From the NCBI GenBank assembly GCA_902514875.1, contig CABXSY010000002.1, forward strand, positions 12,083-76,082: a stretch of 64,000 nt of DNA, in the 5' to 3' direction. This document shows, in pieces, positions 49,658 to 60,031 of the stretch. The first letter of the stretch is position 1; each line of letters starts with the position of its first letter. The position numbers were made by a program, and so were the translations under genes. The DNA is from an uncultured Alphaproteobacteria bacterium (GTDB lineage: Bacteria; Pseudomonadota; Alphaproteobacteria; HIMB59; GCA-002718135). The notes under the pieces are model-generated. The model saw nothing but the letters and a program-made list of their open reading frames with translations, made no database searches and was not told where the DNA came from.

Positions 49658-51427
49658 TTAAATGATGAACTTATAATTTTTAAATATCTCTAATATTAAA
49701 TTTCTAAAGAGTGCTCCGTCATTATAACTTTGGTACCCTTTAAGTATAAGTTTAAGATGCTCTGGATGTATATCATCCCAATTTTTATTATTTAAAGAAA
49801 TTATTGAATAAATAAGAAATTTATCATCATTATTATTAGCAATACTATTTTTAATTTCATTATATAGTAATATTGATGGCATTAATCTTTCATCAAAAAT
49901 TTTATCTAAATTAATATTAGTATTAGCTTTTATATCTAAATTCATTAAGTCTTTTAAAACAAAAAATAATTCTCCATTTTCATTATTTTGATCATCAATA
50001 TAATTTTCTAAAGTAAGATTTAGAGAATTTATAAATGAATCTAAGGTGTTAGTAGAATATAAATCTAATAGTACTCTTGTATAAATACTTTTTGCATCTA
50101 CTTCCTTTGCATTTTCATATAATTCTATCCATGCAAGTGCTTTTTCAAAATTATTGTTAAATATATAGGCAGAAGCTATTTTTGGACCAAAAATTATATT
50201 TTCTACATTAGCTTCAATGGAGGCCAACATATTATTTGAGAGTTTATAGGCTATTTCTTCTATATTGTTTTGTTTTGCAAAATCCCAAAATTGAACTAAA
50301 GCATTTAATCTATCATTTGGAAAAATTTGAATATTAACTAATTGAAATAAAAAAGCCATACTCAACTCTTTATTATTCGTAAAAGAATCTATTGTATTTT
50401 TTGGATTATTTAATTGGTCAGAATTAAAATCTGCAGACATATACAATGCTGCTAAACTATCTACAGTAATTAAATTTTCTAAAAAACTTTCATTTGCTGC
50501 TTTAATTCTTAAGTCAATAGGTGAAGCTTGATTTAATATTATTGGAATTGATAGGTTTTTTTTATCAAGCTCATAAAATTCATGTGAAAATGGTAGTTCA
50601 GCAATCCTTGTCATAGCACTATATAAAAAAATCAATTCTTTATTGATCGCTGAATCTTTAATTTCATAATCAGCTATTAATTGATCTTCTGAGTTAGTTA
50701 TAAGTGAAAATAACTGCTGATAGTAATTGTCTGAATTGTTTTCTGACTCTACTAGAATAGAGTTTAACAATTTAGCTTCTGATTCATTATCATTTAATAT
50801 TGAACAAAATATGTCAAGTTTTTCCAAAAAGAAGTAGTCTAAAACAATATTTGAATTTAGCTCTTCTCTAAAACTACATACTTCATTAAGCTGAAAAGTT
50901 GACAAAAGATAATTTAATTTAACACTAGTATAAAAATTAAAGTTTTTGTCATTATTTAATTCATATTTTTCAATTAATTCAAAGGACTTATTAATTTGAC
51001 CAATAGATTTAAAATAATTTACAATTAAAAAGAGTATTTCTCTATCTTGCTCAATTTCTAAATCTAATTGTAGATTTTCTAATACTTCAATTATTTCTTT
51101 TTGAAGAGATTTAGAGCTAATATTTTGAAGATTATCAAAATAATTATTTAAATCCTTTATCTGTTTTTTAAAAATAAAATTGTTATTTATAATTTCAATT
51201 TGTTCTACTTCTACTTCGCTAGTAGTAACTTCTCCATCTACTTCATCTGCAGTTGTATTTTCAACTACTTCATTAACGTTATTATCATTGTTTAGATTAT
51301 CTAAAACCATTTGATCTAAGCTCTTACTTTCATGTAAATTAATTACCTCTACTTCACTATTTTCTAATTCACTTGCAGAAATTAAATTAGAAAAGAAAAA
51401 CAACATAATAATAAAAATAAGTTTCAT
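49658..51427 (-). CDS. Hypothetical secreted protein (589 aa), acidic N-terminal region then helical-repeat-like body
   Basis: Signal peptide MKLIFIIMLFFFSNLISASE. An acidic stretch follows (VVENTTADEVDGEVTTSEVEVEQ), and the remainder is Leu/Asn/Glu-rich with TPR-like periodicity. I recognise no catalytic motifs. Confidence 0.6.
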   Translation of the reverse strand: MKLIFIIMLFFFSNLISASELENSEVEVINLHESKSLDQMVLDNLNNDNNVNEVVENTTADEVDGEVTTSEVEVEQIEIINNNFIFKKQIKDLNNYFDNLQNISSKSLQKEIIEVLENLQLDLEIEQDREILFLIVNYFKSIGQINKSFELIEKYELNNDKNFNFYTSVKLNYLLSTFQLNEVCSFREELNSNIVLDYFFLEKLDIFCSILNDNESEAKLLNSILVESENNSDNYYQQLFSLITNSEDQLIADYEIKDSAINKELIFLYSAMTRIAELPFSHEFYELDKKNLSIPIILNQASPIDLRIKAANESFLENLITVDSLAALYMSADFNSDQLNNPKNTIDSFTNNKELSMAFLFQLVNIQIFPNDRLNALVQFWDFAKQNNIEEIAYKLSNNMLASIEANVENIIFGPKIASAYIFNNNFEKALAWIELYENAKEVDAKSIYTRVLLDLYSTNTLDSFINSLNLTLENYIDDQNNENGELFFVLKDLMNLDIKANTNINLDKIFDERLMPSILLYNEIKNSIANNNDDKFLIYSIISLNNKNWDDIHPEHLKLILKGYQSYNDGALFRNLILEIFKNYKFII

Positions 51428-51552
51428 TTGAGATTTAGAGTATATTTTTCTGTGATAACTATTGATGGTGAAGGAATTTCAATCATATAAAGTGAAGCAA
51501 ATATGAATATTATTAGTACTGCAAAAAGATATATAATGTATTTGTTTTTCAT
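51424..51552 (-). CDS. Possible 42-aa single-pass membrane peptide, ATGA-coupled to the 589-aa gene
   Basis: Not in the ORF track. The rc reads MKNKYIIYLFAVLIIFIFASLYMIEIPSPSIVITEKYTLNLK*. Its TGA overlaps the ATG of the downstream gene (AAATGAAA). It has one clear hydrophobic helix and no obvious SD. Confidence 0.35.
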   Translation of the reverse strand: MKNKYIIYLFAVLIIFIFASLYMIEIPSPSIVITEKYTLNLK

Positions 51553-51650
51553 ATATAATATTAAAAAATGATTAATATATGTTTTTACCATTTTTTTAAG
51601 TTTTTTCTAATTCCAACAAAAATTTGTCAATAATAAGAAATAATTAAAAT

Positions 51651-52199
51651 ATGTTTAATCTCATTGAAATTAAAAAGAAAAATGTTTGTATAATGGGTCT
51701 GATGGGATCTGGAAAGTCTATAATTGGAAAAGATTTGAGCAAATATACTAAATTAAAATTTTATGATACTGATAAGGAAATTGAATTAGTAACTAAAAAA
51801 AGCATAAATGAAATCTTTGAAAAGGATGGAGAGTCATATTTTAGGAAAATTGAAGAAAAAATTTGTCTGGAATTATTAACAAAGAATAATTGCATAATAT
51901 CATTAGGAGGTGGAAGTATAATTAATAAAAATATCAGAAAAGCAATTAATCAAAATTCTTATTCTATTTATTTAGAAGTTAAGTTAGATAATTTAGAAAA
52001 TAGATTAAAATCATCAAAAAAAAGACCCTTACTAAATAAAAATTCTAACAAAAAAGAAACCTTGGAAAAAATCTATAATCAGAGACGAAAGTTTTATGAA
52101 AAAGCTGATTTTATTGTAAATAATGATAATGATAAATCCCAAGTATTAGAAAAAATTAAATTTAAACTCAATTCGTATGCAAAAGAAAATAAAAATTAA
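51651..52199 (+). CDS. aroK: Shikimate kinase
   Basis: P-loop in IMGLMGSGKSIIGK, DTDKEIE and LGGGSI. Confidence 0.9.
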   Translation: MFNLIEIKKKNVCIMGLMGSGKSIIGKDLSKYTKLKFYDTDKEIELVTKKSINEIFEKDGESYFRKIEEKICLELLTKNNCIISLGGGSIINKNIRKAINQNSYSIYLEVKLDNLENRLKSSKKRPLLNKNSNKKETLEKIYNQRRKFYEKADFIVNNDNDKSQVLEKIKFKLNSYAKENKN

Positions 52200-53247
52200 T
52201 AATAAAAAATTAAAAACTTCAATATTAATAAAAAAAAATTTTATTTCCAAATTTGTTAAAAATATTGCAAAAAAAAATGAAAAAGTGTTTTGTATTGTAG
52301 ATTCAAAAATCAGAATTAATTTAAATATTAATAATCAAAAAAATATTATAGTTATTAGCTTAAGGTGTGGAGAAAAAATAAAAACTTTTGATGGATACAA
52401 AAATTTAGCTGAAAAAATAATTTTAAAAGATGTTAATAGAAAATCTGCAGTTATTGCAATCGGGGGAGGTACATTAGGTGATTTAGTAGGATTTGTTGCT
52501 AGCACTACATTAAGAGGTTTAGATTTTTATTTAATACCTACAACGCTTTTGTCTCAAGTAGATAGCTCGATTGGAGGTAAGAATGGTATTAATACAATAT
52601 TTGGAAAAAATTTACTAGGAACCTTTTATCAACCAAAGGAGGTTTTAATTGATATTTCTATTTTAAAGAGTTTGCCAAAAAAAGAAATTAGATCAGGATA
52701 TGCAGAAATAATAAAGCATGCTCTAATAAAAGATTATAAATTTTTTTGTTGGTTAGAAGAAAATTCAAATAAATTACTAAATTTAAATAAATCTATTTTA
52801 GAACAAGCAATTTATCAATCGATAATTATAAAACTTTATTATGTCATAAAGGATGAGAGAGAATTTTTATCAAATAATAATTCTAGAGCAATGTTAAACT
52901 TTGGTCATACAATAGGACATGCTATAGAAAAATACTATGATTATCAAAAGTTTAATCATGGAGAAGCAATTTCTATAGGAATGATAACCGAGGCAAAAAT
53001 ATCAAATCATCTTGGTTTATTATCATCTAAAGAATTAGAAAAAATAATAATTCATTTTAAAAAATGTAGACTAAAAATTTATGATGAGGTATTGAATGAT
53101 AGAAGATTAATTAAAATACTAACTAAAGATAAAAAAAATTTTCATAACAATATAAATTTTTCACTTATAGATAAAATAGGAAGTTCAATTTTTTATAAAA
53201 AATTAGAAAAGAAGCAAGTTTATAAAATATTAAAAAACATAAAATGA
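52177..53247 (+). CDS. aroB: 3-dehydroquinate synthase
   Basis: AIGGGTLGDLVGFVAST, IPTTLLSQVDSSIGGKNGIN and FGHTIGHAIE. Confidence 0.93.
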   Translation: MQKKIKINNKKLKTSILIKKNFISKFVKNIAKKNEKVFCIVDSKIRINLNINNQKNIIVISLRCGEKIKTFDGYKNLAEKIILKDVNRKSAVIAIGGGTLGDLVGFVASTTLRGLDFYLIPTTLLSQVDSSIGGKNGINTIFGKNLLGTFYQPKEVLIDISILKSLPKKEIRSGYAEIIKHALIKDYKFFCWLEENSNKLLNLNKSILEQAIYQSIIIKLYYVIKDEREFLSNNNSRAMLNFGHTIGHAIEKYYDYQKFNHGEAISIGMITEAKISNHLGLLSSKELEKIIIHFKKCRLKIYDEVLNDRRLIKILTKDKKNFHNNINFSLIDKIGSSIFYKKLEKKQVYKILKNIK

Positions 53248-54491
53248 CAAGTATATTTCTTCTTATATTGTTGATAATCCTTGTAATTCTTTCAGGGTTT
53301 TTATCTGGATCAGAAACAGCAATAACTGCAACTTCTAAAGCAAGAATTCTTTATAAGAAAAAAAAAGGCAGTAAAAGAGCCGGTTACGTACTTGAGTTAC
53401 TAGGAAAAAAAGATAATGTTATATCAACATTACTTTTATCAAATAATTTAGTTAATATTTTAGCATCATCTTTAGCTACAGCTTTTTTTTATGATCTTTT
53501 TGGAGTAGAAGGTATTTTTTATGCAACTCTAATAATGACAGTTGTAATCGTAATATTTGCTGAAGTTCTTCCTAAAACTTATGCTATTAATAGACCAAAT
53601 AGAACTGCATTATTAATTTCTCCTATTATTTATTATTTAAACAAAATTTTATTTGTTTTTGTATTTGTAATTAATCTAATTGTTAGATTAATTTTTAGAA
53701 ATAATGATAATGATATAACAAATAAGGATCTTCAGTCAGAGGAAGAATTAAAAGGAGTTATAGATCTCTATAAAACATCAAATCCAGATTATGAACAAGA
53801 AAAAGATATGCTACAAAGTATATTGCAATTAAATGATATCACTGTTGAAGAAATTTTTACTCATAGAAAAAATATTTACTCAATAGATTCATCATTAAAT
53901 ACTAATGAGATTATCAACAAAATAAATAATTCTAGATATACACGTATACCATTTTGGAAGGATAATCCTGAAAATATAATTGGTTTATTAAATGTTAGGA
54001 CATTAAATATAGACCTAAAAAATCAAAATGAATCAAAAGAAATAATTTTTGATAAAATTTCTAGTCCATGGTTTATTCCTGAGACTACAAACTTATTAGA
54101 GCAATTAGTTGAATTTAAAAAAAGAAAAGAACATTTAGCATTTGTTGTTGATGAATTTGGTGAATTACTAGGTTTAATTACATTAGAGGATATTATTGAG
54201 GAAATAGTTGGAGAAATTGTCGATGAAATTGATGTTCCTGAAAATGATTTTAAACTGAATAACTATGGAAAAGTAATAATTAATGGAGAGAAAAATATTA
54301 GAGATTTGTATAAAAGTTTTGATTTAGATCCCCCTGAAATAGAGTCATCAACAATAGCTGGATATATTTTAGATATTTCAAAAAAAATACCTTCATATGG
54401 AGAGTCTTTTAAAGATAATTTCTTTAACTATAAAATTTTATCTCATTCAAAGAAACAAATATCAAAGGTTGAGATATCAAAAATCAATTAA
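53244..54491 (+). CDS. HlyC/CorC (CNNM) family transporter: DUF21 membrane domain + CBS pair + CorC_HlyC domain
   Basis: N-terminal LSGFLSGSETAITA, 4 TM helices, a CBS region, and C-terminal ...STIAGYILD... ATGA overlap with aroB. Confidence 0.88.
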   Translation: MTSIFLLILLIILVILSGFLSGSETAITATSKARILYKKKKGSKRAGYVLELLGKKDNVISTLLLSNNLVNILASSLATAFFYDLFGVEGIFYATLIMTVVIVIFAEVLPKTYAINRPNRTALLISPIIYYLNKILFVFVFVINLIVRLIFRNNDNDITNKDLQSEEELKGVIDLYKTSNPDYEQEKDMLQSILQLNDITVEEIFTHRKNIYSIDSSLNTNEIINKINNSRYTRIPFWKDNPENIIGLLNVRTLNIDLKNQNESKEIIFDKISSPWFIPETTNLLEQLVEFKKRKEHLAFVVDEFGELLGLITLEDIIEEIVGEIVDEIDVPENDFKLNNYGKVIINGEKNIRDLYKSFDLDPPEIESSTIAGYILDISKKIPSYGESFKDNFFNYKILSHSKKQISKVEISKIN

Positions 54492-54738
54492 TTTTTATTT
54501 CTAAAGAATGTAAACCAGTTTTAAATTCCTCTTCAAGTAAACTATTAATAATTCTATGAATATTTAATCTATTTAATGAGGAATTATCTTTTTTCGTCAA
54601 AATGATCTTCATATGAGTTTCACCACTACCGGTAAAATTATTATGCCCTTTATGTAAATTTGAATTATCAATAATTTCTAATAAAAAATTATCAAATTTA
54701 TTTGACAATATTTTATCAATTCTTTGCTTACGATTCAT
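54484..54738 (-). CDS. bolA: BolA family protein
   Basis: 84 aa with ...IIDNSNLHKGHNNF...GETHMKIIL...HRIINSLLEEEFKTGLHSLEI, typical of BolA. Confidence 0.88.
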   Translation of the reverse strand: MNRKQRIDKILSNKFDNFLLEIIDNSNLHKGHNNFTGSGETHMKIILTKKDNSSLNRLNIHRIINSLLEEEFKTGLHSLEIKIN

Positions 54739-54761
54739 TATTTTTAAACTATATAATAGGT

Positions 54762-55349
54762 GTGGGTAAACATAAAATAGATATTAATAAAAATAGTCTT
54801 TCTTGGGAAAAAACATTTTTTAGAAAATGTGATAAGAAAGATTGTAATAGTGAAGGCAAGTTTAAAGCGCCAAAATCTAGAGTTTTGTTAAATCAATATT
54901 ATTATTTTTGCATGGAGCATATTAAGGAATACAATAAGTCATGGGATTTTTATAAAGGATTGTCAGTTAATGAAATTGAGAATTCAATGAGAGAAGATAT
55001 TATTTGGAACAGGCCATCCTGGCCATTAAAGGGAAATTATCACAAAGTAATGGATCAAATTAACAATTTTTTTAACGAAGAAATTAACGATTTAAATCCA
55101 AATGAACGAGGGAATAATTACTTTAGAAATAAGCTGGTTGATGAAAATCTTACAAAAGAAGAAAATGAAGCTCTATCATTATTCAATCTAGATCTACCAA
55201 TGACATTAGATAAAATTAAAAAAACTTACAAAAAACTAGTGAAAATATTTCACCCTGATGTAAATGGTAACGATAAAAAAGCAGAAGAAAAGTTTAAGGA
55301 AATAAATAACTCATACAAAATACTTTTAAAAAAATTTAAAAATGACTGA
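54762..55349 (+). CDS. J-domain protein (C-terminal DnaJ domain, N-terminal Cys/His cluster)
   Basis: HPD motif in KKLVKIFHPDVNGNDKKAEEKFKEINNSYKIL. The N-terminal cluster is C-x4-C...C-x2-H (CDKKDC...CMEH). I place the start at GTG 54762; the TTG at 54702 in the ORF track would overlap the divergent bolA start by 37 nt. Confidence 0.8.
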   Translation: MGKHKIDINKNSLSWEKTFFRKCDKKDCNSEGKFKAPKSRVLLNQYYYFCMEHIKEYNKSWDFYKGLSVNEIENSMREDIIWNRPSWPLKGNYHKVMDQINNFFNEEINDLNPNERGNNYFRNKLVDENLTKEENEALSLFNLDLPMTLDKIKKTYKKLVKIFHPDVNGNDKKAEEKFKEINNSYKILLKKFKND

Positions 55350-56325
55350 TAAACAAAATATAGAAATATCTCCTAGTATCAAAATTGACCCCAAAGAAAC
55401 ATTTGGGGTTTCCTGTGATTTTGAGGTTTATAAGTTTAAAGAAAAAACTGAACACGTACCAGAAATAGATCAAACATATATTTTTGATCCAATGACAACC
55501 CTTTCAATACTTGCTGGTTTTTCTTCTAATAGAAGAGTTTTGATACAAGGATACCATGGAACTGGTAAATCTACTCATATCGAACAAGTAGCAGCCAGAC
55601 TTAATTGGCCATGTATTAGAATTAATTTAGATAGTCACATCAGTAGGATAGATTTGATTGGCAAAGACGCTATCGTACTAAAAGATAATAAACAGGTGAC
55701 AGAGTTTCAGGATGGCATACTTCCTTGGTCATACAAAAATCCTGTAGCTTTAGTGTTTGATGAGTATGATGCAGGCAGACCTGATGTAATGTTTGTAATT
55801 CAACGTATTTTGGAGTCAGAAGGTAAATTAACTCTACTGGATCAATCAAGGGTAATCAAACCTCACAAATTTTTTAGGTTGTTTGCTACAGCAAACACTG
55901 TTGGTCTTGGTGATACATCTGGTTTGTATCATGGTACTCAACAAATAAACCAAGGTCAAATGGATAGATGGAATATTGTATCAACCTTAAATTACCTTAG
56001 TAACGAGCAAGAAATAAATATTATCTTAAGTAAAGTAAAAAAACTTAATAATAAGGATGGCAAAGACCTTGTTAAATGCATGGTATCTACTGCTGATCTT
56101 TCTAGATCAGGATTCATTAATGGTGATATCTCAACTGTTATGAGTCCAAGAACTGTATTGACTTGGGCAGAAAATTATCTTCTATTCAATGATATAGAAT
56201 ATTCTTTTAAACTATCTTTTTTAAATAGATGTGATGAAATGGAGAGGTCTATCTTACAGGAATATTTTCAAAGGTCATTTGGAATTGATATTACTGATTC
56301 TAAGGTAGCTAATGTCAAAGAATAG
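55342..56325 (+). CDS. cobS: CobS-like AAA+ ATPase (aerobic cobaltochelatase small subunit family)
   Basis: 327 aa with Walker A in [15 protein letters not shown], Walker B in [13 protein letters not shown], and QMDRWNIV. Confidence 0.9.
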   Translation: MTDKQNIEISPSIKIDPKETFGVSCDFEVYKFKEKTEHVPEIDQTYIFDPMTTLSILAGFSSNRRVLIQGYHGTGKSTHIEQVAARLNWPCIRINLDSHISRIDLIGKDAIVLKDNKQVTEFQDGILPWSYKNPVALVFDEYDAGRPDVMFVIQRILESEGKLTLLDQSRVIKPHKFFRLFATANTVGLGDTSGLYHGTQQINQGQMDRWNIVSTLNYLSNEQEINIILSKVKKLNNKDGKDLVKCMVSTADLSRSGFINGDISTVMSPRTVLTWAENYLLFNDIEYSFKLSFLNRCDEMERSILQEYFQRSFGIDITDSKVANVKE

Positions 56326-58093
56326 TGAAATTATTGAAGATTTTAAAAAGTCATTAAGTGCTACAATAAAATCAATAGGTAAAAAAGAAGATATAGAGAT
56401 TAATTTTGTTAAAGAAAATCCTTCTATTATTGGTAAGACTATAAATCTAACTGAACCAAAAATTGAAAATTTCAAAAATAATCTAGAATATTTAAGAGCT
56501 GAAGCTGACTCTTTTGCATTAGAGTTCAGATTACATTCAAAAGACATACACCAAAACTTTTTAAATCAAGATGAATTATCAAACGAAATAATTAATGTTT
56601 TGGAACAAGCACGAGTAGAAGCTATAGGTAGTAGTGAATTCAAGGGAATACAAAAAAATCTAAAGAATAAGTATATTAGAGATCTTAAAATTGGAAATAC
56701 TAAAAAAGATCAAAATTTATTAATTAAAGCATTTAAAAACGTAGCATTTGAAGAAATTGTTGGCGTAGATTTAGGTGAAATTAATAGTAGTTTTAAAAAT
56801 ATTGTAAAAGAAAAATTAAAAAAAGATTATTCAAACTTTTTTATAGATCTAAGGAAATGTCTACATGATCAGGAAAAATATACGTCTACAATAGTTGAAA
56901 AACTAGATGAACTTGGATTACTTAATAACAGTGTAAACAATACTCAGAACGAAGATATTAATCAAAACGATGAAGATCAATATAATGAAAATGAAAATAA
57001 TGATGAACAAAAAAATGATGAACAAACCGAGTCAAATATTGAAATGCAAACAAGTGAAACAGCTGTTGAGCAGTCAGTTTCATTAGAAGAAAATGATGAC
57101 ATGGGAGAAGAAAGCGGGGATACTGAATTAGATTATTTACAAGATAGAAAAATTTTAGAGAATTTAGAGAATTATAAAGTTTATGATTATAATTTTGATG
57201 AAATTATTAATGCTGAAGAACTTTGTGATATCAAAGAATTAGAGAAGCTTAGAAGGAATCTTGATCAACAAGTATTTTCTTTTCAGCCACTAATTGTTAA
57301 AATTGCCAATAGACTGCAGAGAAAACTTTTAGCTCAGCAAAATCGTCATTGGGATTTTAATATGGAAGAAGGTTTTCTTGATACGTCAAGATTAGCTAAA
57401 ATTATTGCTAATCCAAATAATAAATTAAGCTACAAAATAGAAAAAGAAGTTGAATTTAAAGATACTATTGTGAGTCTTCTAATTGATAATTCTGGTTCAA
57501 TGAGAGGTAGACCAATTACGGTTGCTGCCCTTTGTTCAGATATTTTAGCAAAAACATTGGAAAGATGCTTAATTAAATCTGAAATATTAGGGTTTACAAC
57601 CAAAGCTTGGAAAGGAGGTAATTCTAGAGAAAAATGGATCAAAAATGGAAAGCCTTCTAATCCAGGCAGGTTAAATGATCTAAGACATATTATATATAAA
57701 TCTGCAGACTCACCATGGAGGAGATCAAAGAAAAATTTGGGTTTATTATTAAAAGAGGGAATTTTGAAGGAAAATGTGGATGGAGAAGCACTATCATGGG
57801 CTTATAATAGATTATCTTTTCGAAAGGAAAAAAGAAAAATTCTTATTGTTATAAGTGATGGCGCTCCAGTTGATGACTCAACACTTTCTGTAAATCCAGG
57901 TAATTATTTAGAAAAAAATTTGAGAGATATAATTGGTGAAATTGAAAAAAAAGATGAAATTGAATTAATTGCTATAGGAATTGGACATGATGTTTCAAGA
58001 TACTATAGTAAAGCTGTAACAATAATGGATGTAGATCAGTTAGGTGAGGTATTACTAAATCAATTATCTACTACCTTTCATTTAGATAATTAA
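56312..58093 (+). CDS. cobT: CobT-like protein (acidic linker + C-terminal vWA domain)
   Basis: 593 aa with a long acidic insert ([26 protein letters not shown]...) and the vWA MIDAS motif [11 protein letters not shown]. It overlaps cobS by 14 nt. Confidence 0.88.
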   Translation: MSKNSEIIEDFKKSLSATIKSIGKKEDIEINFVKENPSIIGKTINLTEPKIENFKNNLEYLRAEADSFALEFRLHSKDIHQNFLNQDELSNEIINVLEQARVEAIGSSEFKGIQKNLKNKYIRDLKIGNTKKDQNLLIKAFKNVAFEEIVGVDLGEINSSFKNIVKEKLKKDYSNFFIDLRKCLHDQEKYTSTIVEKLDELGLLNNSVNNTQNEDINQNDEDQYNENENNDEQKNDEQTESNIEMQTSETAVEQSVSLEENDDMGEESGDTELDYLQDRKILENLENYKVYDYNFDEIINAEELCDIKELEKLRRNLDQQVFSFQPLIVKIANRLQRKLLAQQNRHWDFNMEEGFLDTSRLAKIIANPNNKLSYKIEKEVEFKDTIVSLLIDNSGSMRGRPITVAALCSDILAKTLERCLIKSEILGFTTKAWKGGNSREKWIKNGKPSNPGRLNDLRHIIYKSADSPWRRSKKNLGLLLKEGILKENVDGEALSWAYNRLSFRKEKRKILIVISDGAPVDDSTLSVNPGNYLEKNLRDIIGEIEKKDEIELIAIGIGHDVSRYYSKAVTIMDVDQLGEVLLNQLSTTFHLDN

Positions 58094-59304
58094 GAATTTA
58101 ACCATTTCTTTTTTGCATTATCAAAATCATTATTTTCAATTGAGCTTCTAATTTCTTTCATAAGATTATTCATAAAATATATATTATGATTAGTAAGCAA
58201 TTGTAATCCTAGTAATTCTTGTGCAGAAAAAAGATGATATAAATATGCCAGTGTAAAGTTCTTACAAGTATAACAATTACATTTATTATCTATTGGGTTT
58301 AAGTTATTTTTATATTTAACATTTTTTAAATTTATTTTTCCCTGTTGACCTTTTACTAAAGCTGATCCGTGTCTGGCAATTCTAGTTGGGCTTACGCAAT
58401 CAAATGTATCGATTCCATCTGCAACAAAATCCCATATATCTCTTGGATCACCTATACCTAGTAAATGTACTGGACGAGTATTATCTAATTTAGAAGAAGT
58501 AAAATGAACTATATCTTTCATTTCATCTTTATTTGATCCTAAGCTTCCACCAATAGCAATTCCAAAAGTGTTGATTTTTTTTGTATTAAATTCAATGCTT
58601 TCTTCTCTTAAATCTCTGTAAATCCCTCCTTGAATAATACCATACATTTCTTGTCTACCAGCTGATCCATTTTTAGGATTATAATTAAGTTTAGAGTTAA
58701 ATGCATTAATGGATCTTAAAGACCATCTATGACTTCTTAACATAGAATCAGATGTGTATATTTTATCTACATTATAGGGAGTACATTCATCAAAAACTAA
58801 GATGAAATCTGCTCCAAGATTTCTTTGAACCTCTATTGATTTTTCAGGAGATAAAATATGAGTAGAACCATCTATATAGGACTTGAATAACGCGCCCTCT
58901 TCATTCAAATTTATTAAAGTTTTTTTATTTTTTGAATTGGTTTTTCGCCCTTTTATTTCATCAGCAACTGACCCGTGTCCAAGAGAAAAAATTTGAAATC
59001 CGCCACTATCTGTTAACATAGGCCCATCCCAACCCGTAAATTTATGAAGACCTCCATGTTGAGCTATTAGTTCACTACCTGGCTGAAGCATTAAATGGTA
59101 AGTATTGGATAGTATAATTTGTGTATTGTTTTTTTTTGCTTCAAGTGTAGTAAAAGATTTTAGTGCAGCTTTTGTTGCACAAAAAATAAATGCTGGAGTT
59201 TCAATATCACCATGCGGTGTAGAAATTTTTCCTGTTCTTGCTTTATTATTTTTATTTGTTTTTTTAACTTTCCAAGAAAAGTTAGTCATTAGTTTCTGGG
59301 ACAA
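58090..59304 (-). CDS. tgt: tRNA-guanine transglycosylase (queuine/preQ1 insertion)
   Basis: [22 protein letters not shown], and the zinc site CNCYTCKNF...H. An alternative start at Met6 (59289) would reduce the overlap with the upstream gene from 23 to 8 nt. Confidence 0.93.
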   Translation of the reverse strand: MSQKLMTNFSWKVKKTNKNNKARTGKISTPHGDIETPAFIFCATKAALKSFTTLEAKKNNTQIILSNTYHLMLQPGSELIAQHGGLHKFTGWDGPMLTDSGGFQIFSLGHGSVADEIKGRKTNSKNKKTLINLNEEGALFKSYIDGSTHILSPEKSIEVQRNLGADFILVFDECTPYNVDKIYTSDSMLRSHRWSLRSINAFNSKLNYNPKNGSAGRQEMYGIIQGGIYRDLREESIEFNTKKINTFGIAIGGSLGSNKDEMKDIVHFTSSKLDNTRPVHLLGIGDPRDIWDFVADGIDTFDCVSPTRIARHGSALVKGQQGKINLKNVKYKNNLNPIDNKCNCYTCKNFTLAYLYHLFSAQELLGLQLLTNHNIYFMNNLMKEIRSSIENNDFDNAKKKWLNS

Positions 59305-60022
59305 AAAACTTAGCTATATAAATAAAAGGAGTGTCAAGTAGGGCTATAAATATTCTAAGAAGATAAGTGCCTAAAATATAAATCATTATGACATTATACA
59401 GACTTACTGGTTCAGGATTTAATAAGATCCAAGCAAATACACTAAAGACAGTGTTATCAACCAAAGAGGAGGTAATAGTAGATAAATTATTTCTTAACCA
59501 GAGAGACTTGCCTGATAAAGCTTGTTTCAAGTAGTTAAAGAACCAAACATCAAAATATTGGCTTATTAAATATGCTATCATACTAGCTATGAAAAATCTT
59601 GTCATTGGAGTAAATACATTTGATAAACTCTCTTGTACCCAATCAGCATCAGATGGTTGAAAACCAATAGTAATTACCATTAATAAAGTCATAAATAAGA
59701 ATGCGCTGAAACCAATTAAAATATTCATTCTAGCTTTTTCCTTGCCATAATATTCAGATAAAATATCAGTACATAAAAAGGTGGAGGCAAAAAGTATAGT
59801 TCCTAAAGCTACCGGTTCGGGTGAATAAAAAAAATCTACTGTTTTTAAAACTTGAATATTGCCTGCAATTACAGCTAGAGCAGAATAGATAAAAATTCCT
59901 ATATATCCAAATATTCTTAAAAAAATAAGAATAGAAAAAAAACAAAAAAGGAGCATTATGAACCACATTAGTTCAGTACTAAGTGAATTAAGTATTGTTG
60001 TTAATTCAAAGAAAAAACCCAT
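59282..60022 (-). CDS. yhhQ: Queuosine-precursor transporter (YhhQ/DUF165 family)
   Basis: 246-aa polytopic membrane protein with ...SSLVDNTVFSVFAW..., characteristic of the YhhQ family. It lies immediately upstream of tgt and overlaps it. Confidence 0.8.
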   Translation of the reverse strand: MGFFFELTTILNSLSTELMWFIMLLFCFFSILIFLRIFGYIGIFIYSALAVIAGNIQVLKTVDFFYSPEPVALGTILFASTFLCTDILSEYYGKEKARMNILIGFSAFLFMTLLMVITIGFQPSDADWVQESLSNVFTPMTRFFIASMIAYLISQYFDVWFFNYLKQALSGKSLWLRNNLSTITSSLVDNTVFSVFAWILLNPEPVSLYNVIMIYILGTYLLRIFIALLDTPFIYIAKFFVPETND

Positions 60023-60031
60023 TACAAAAAT

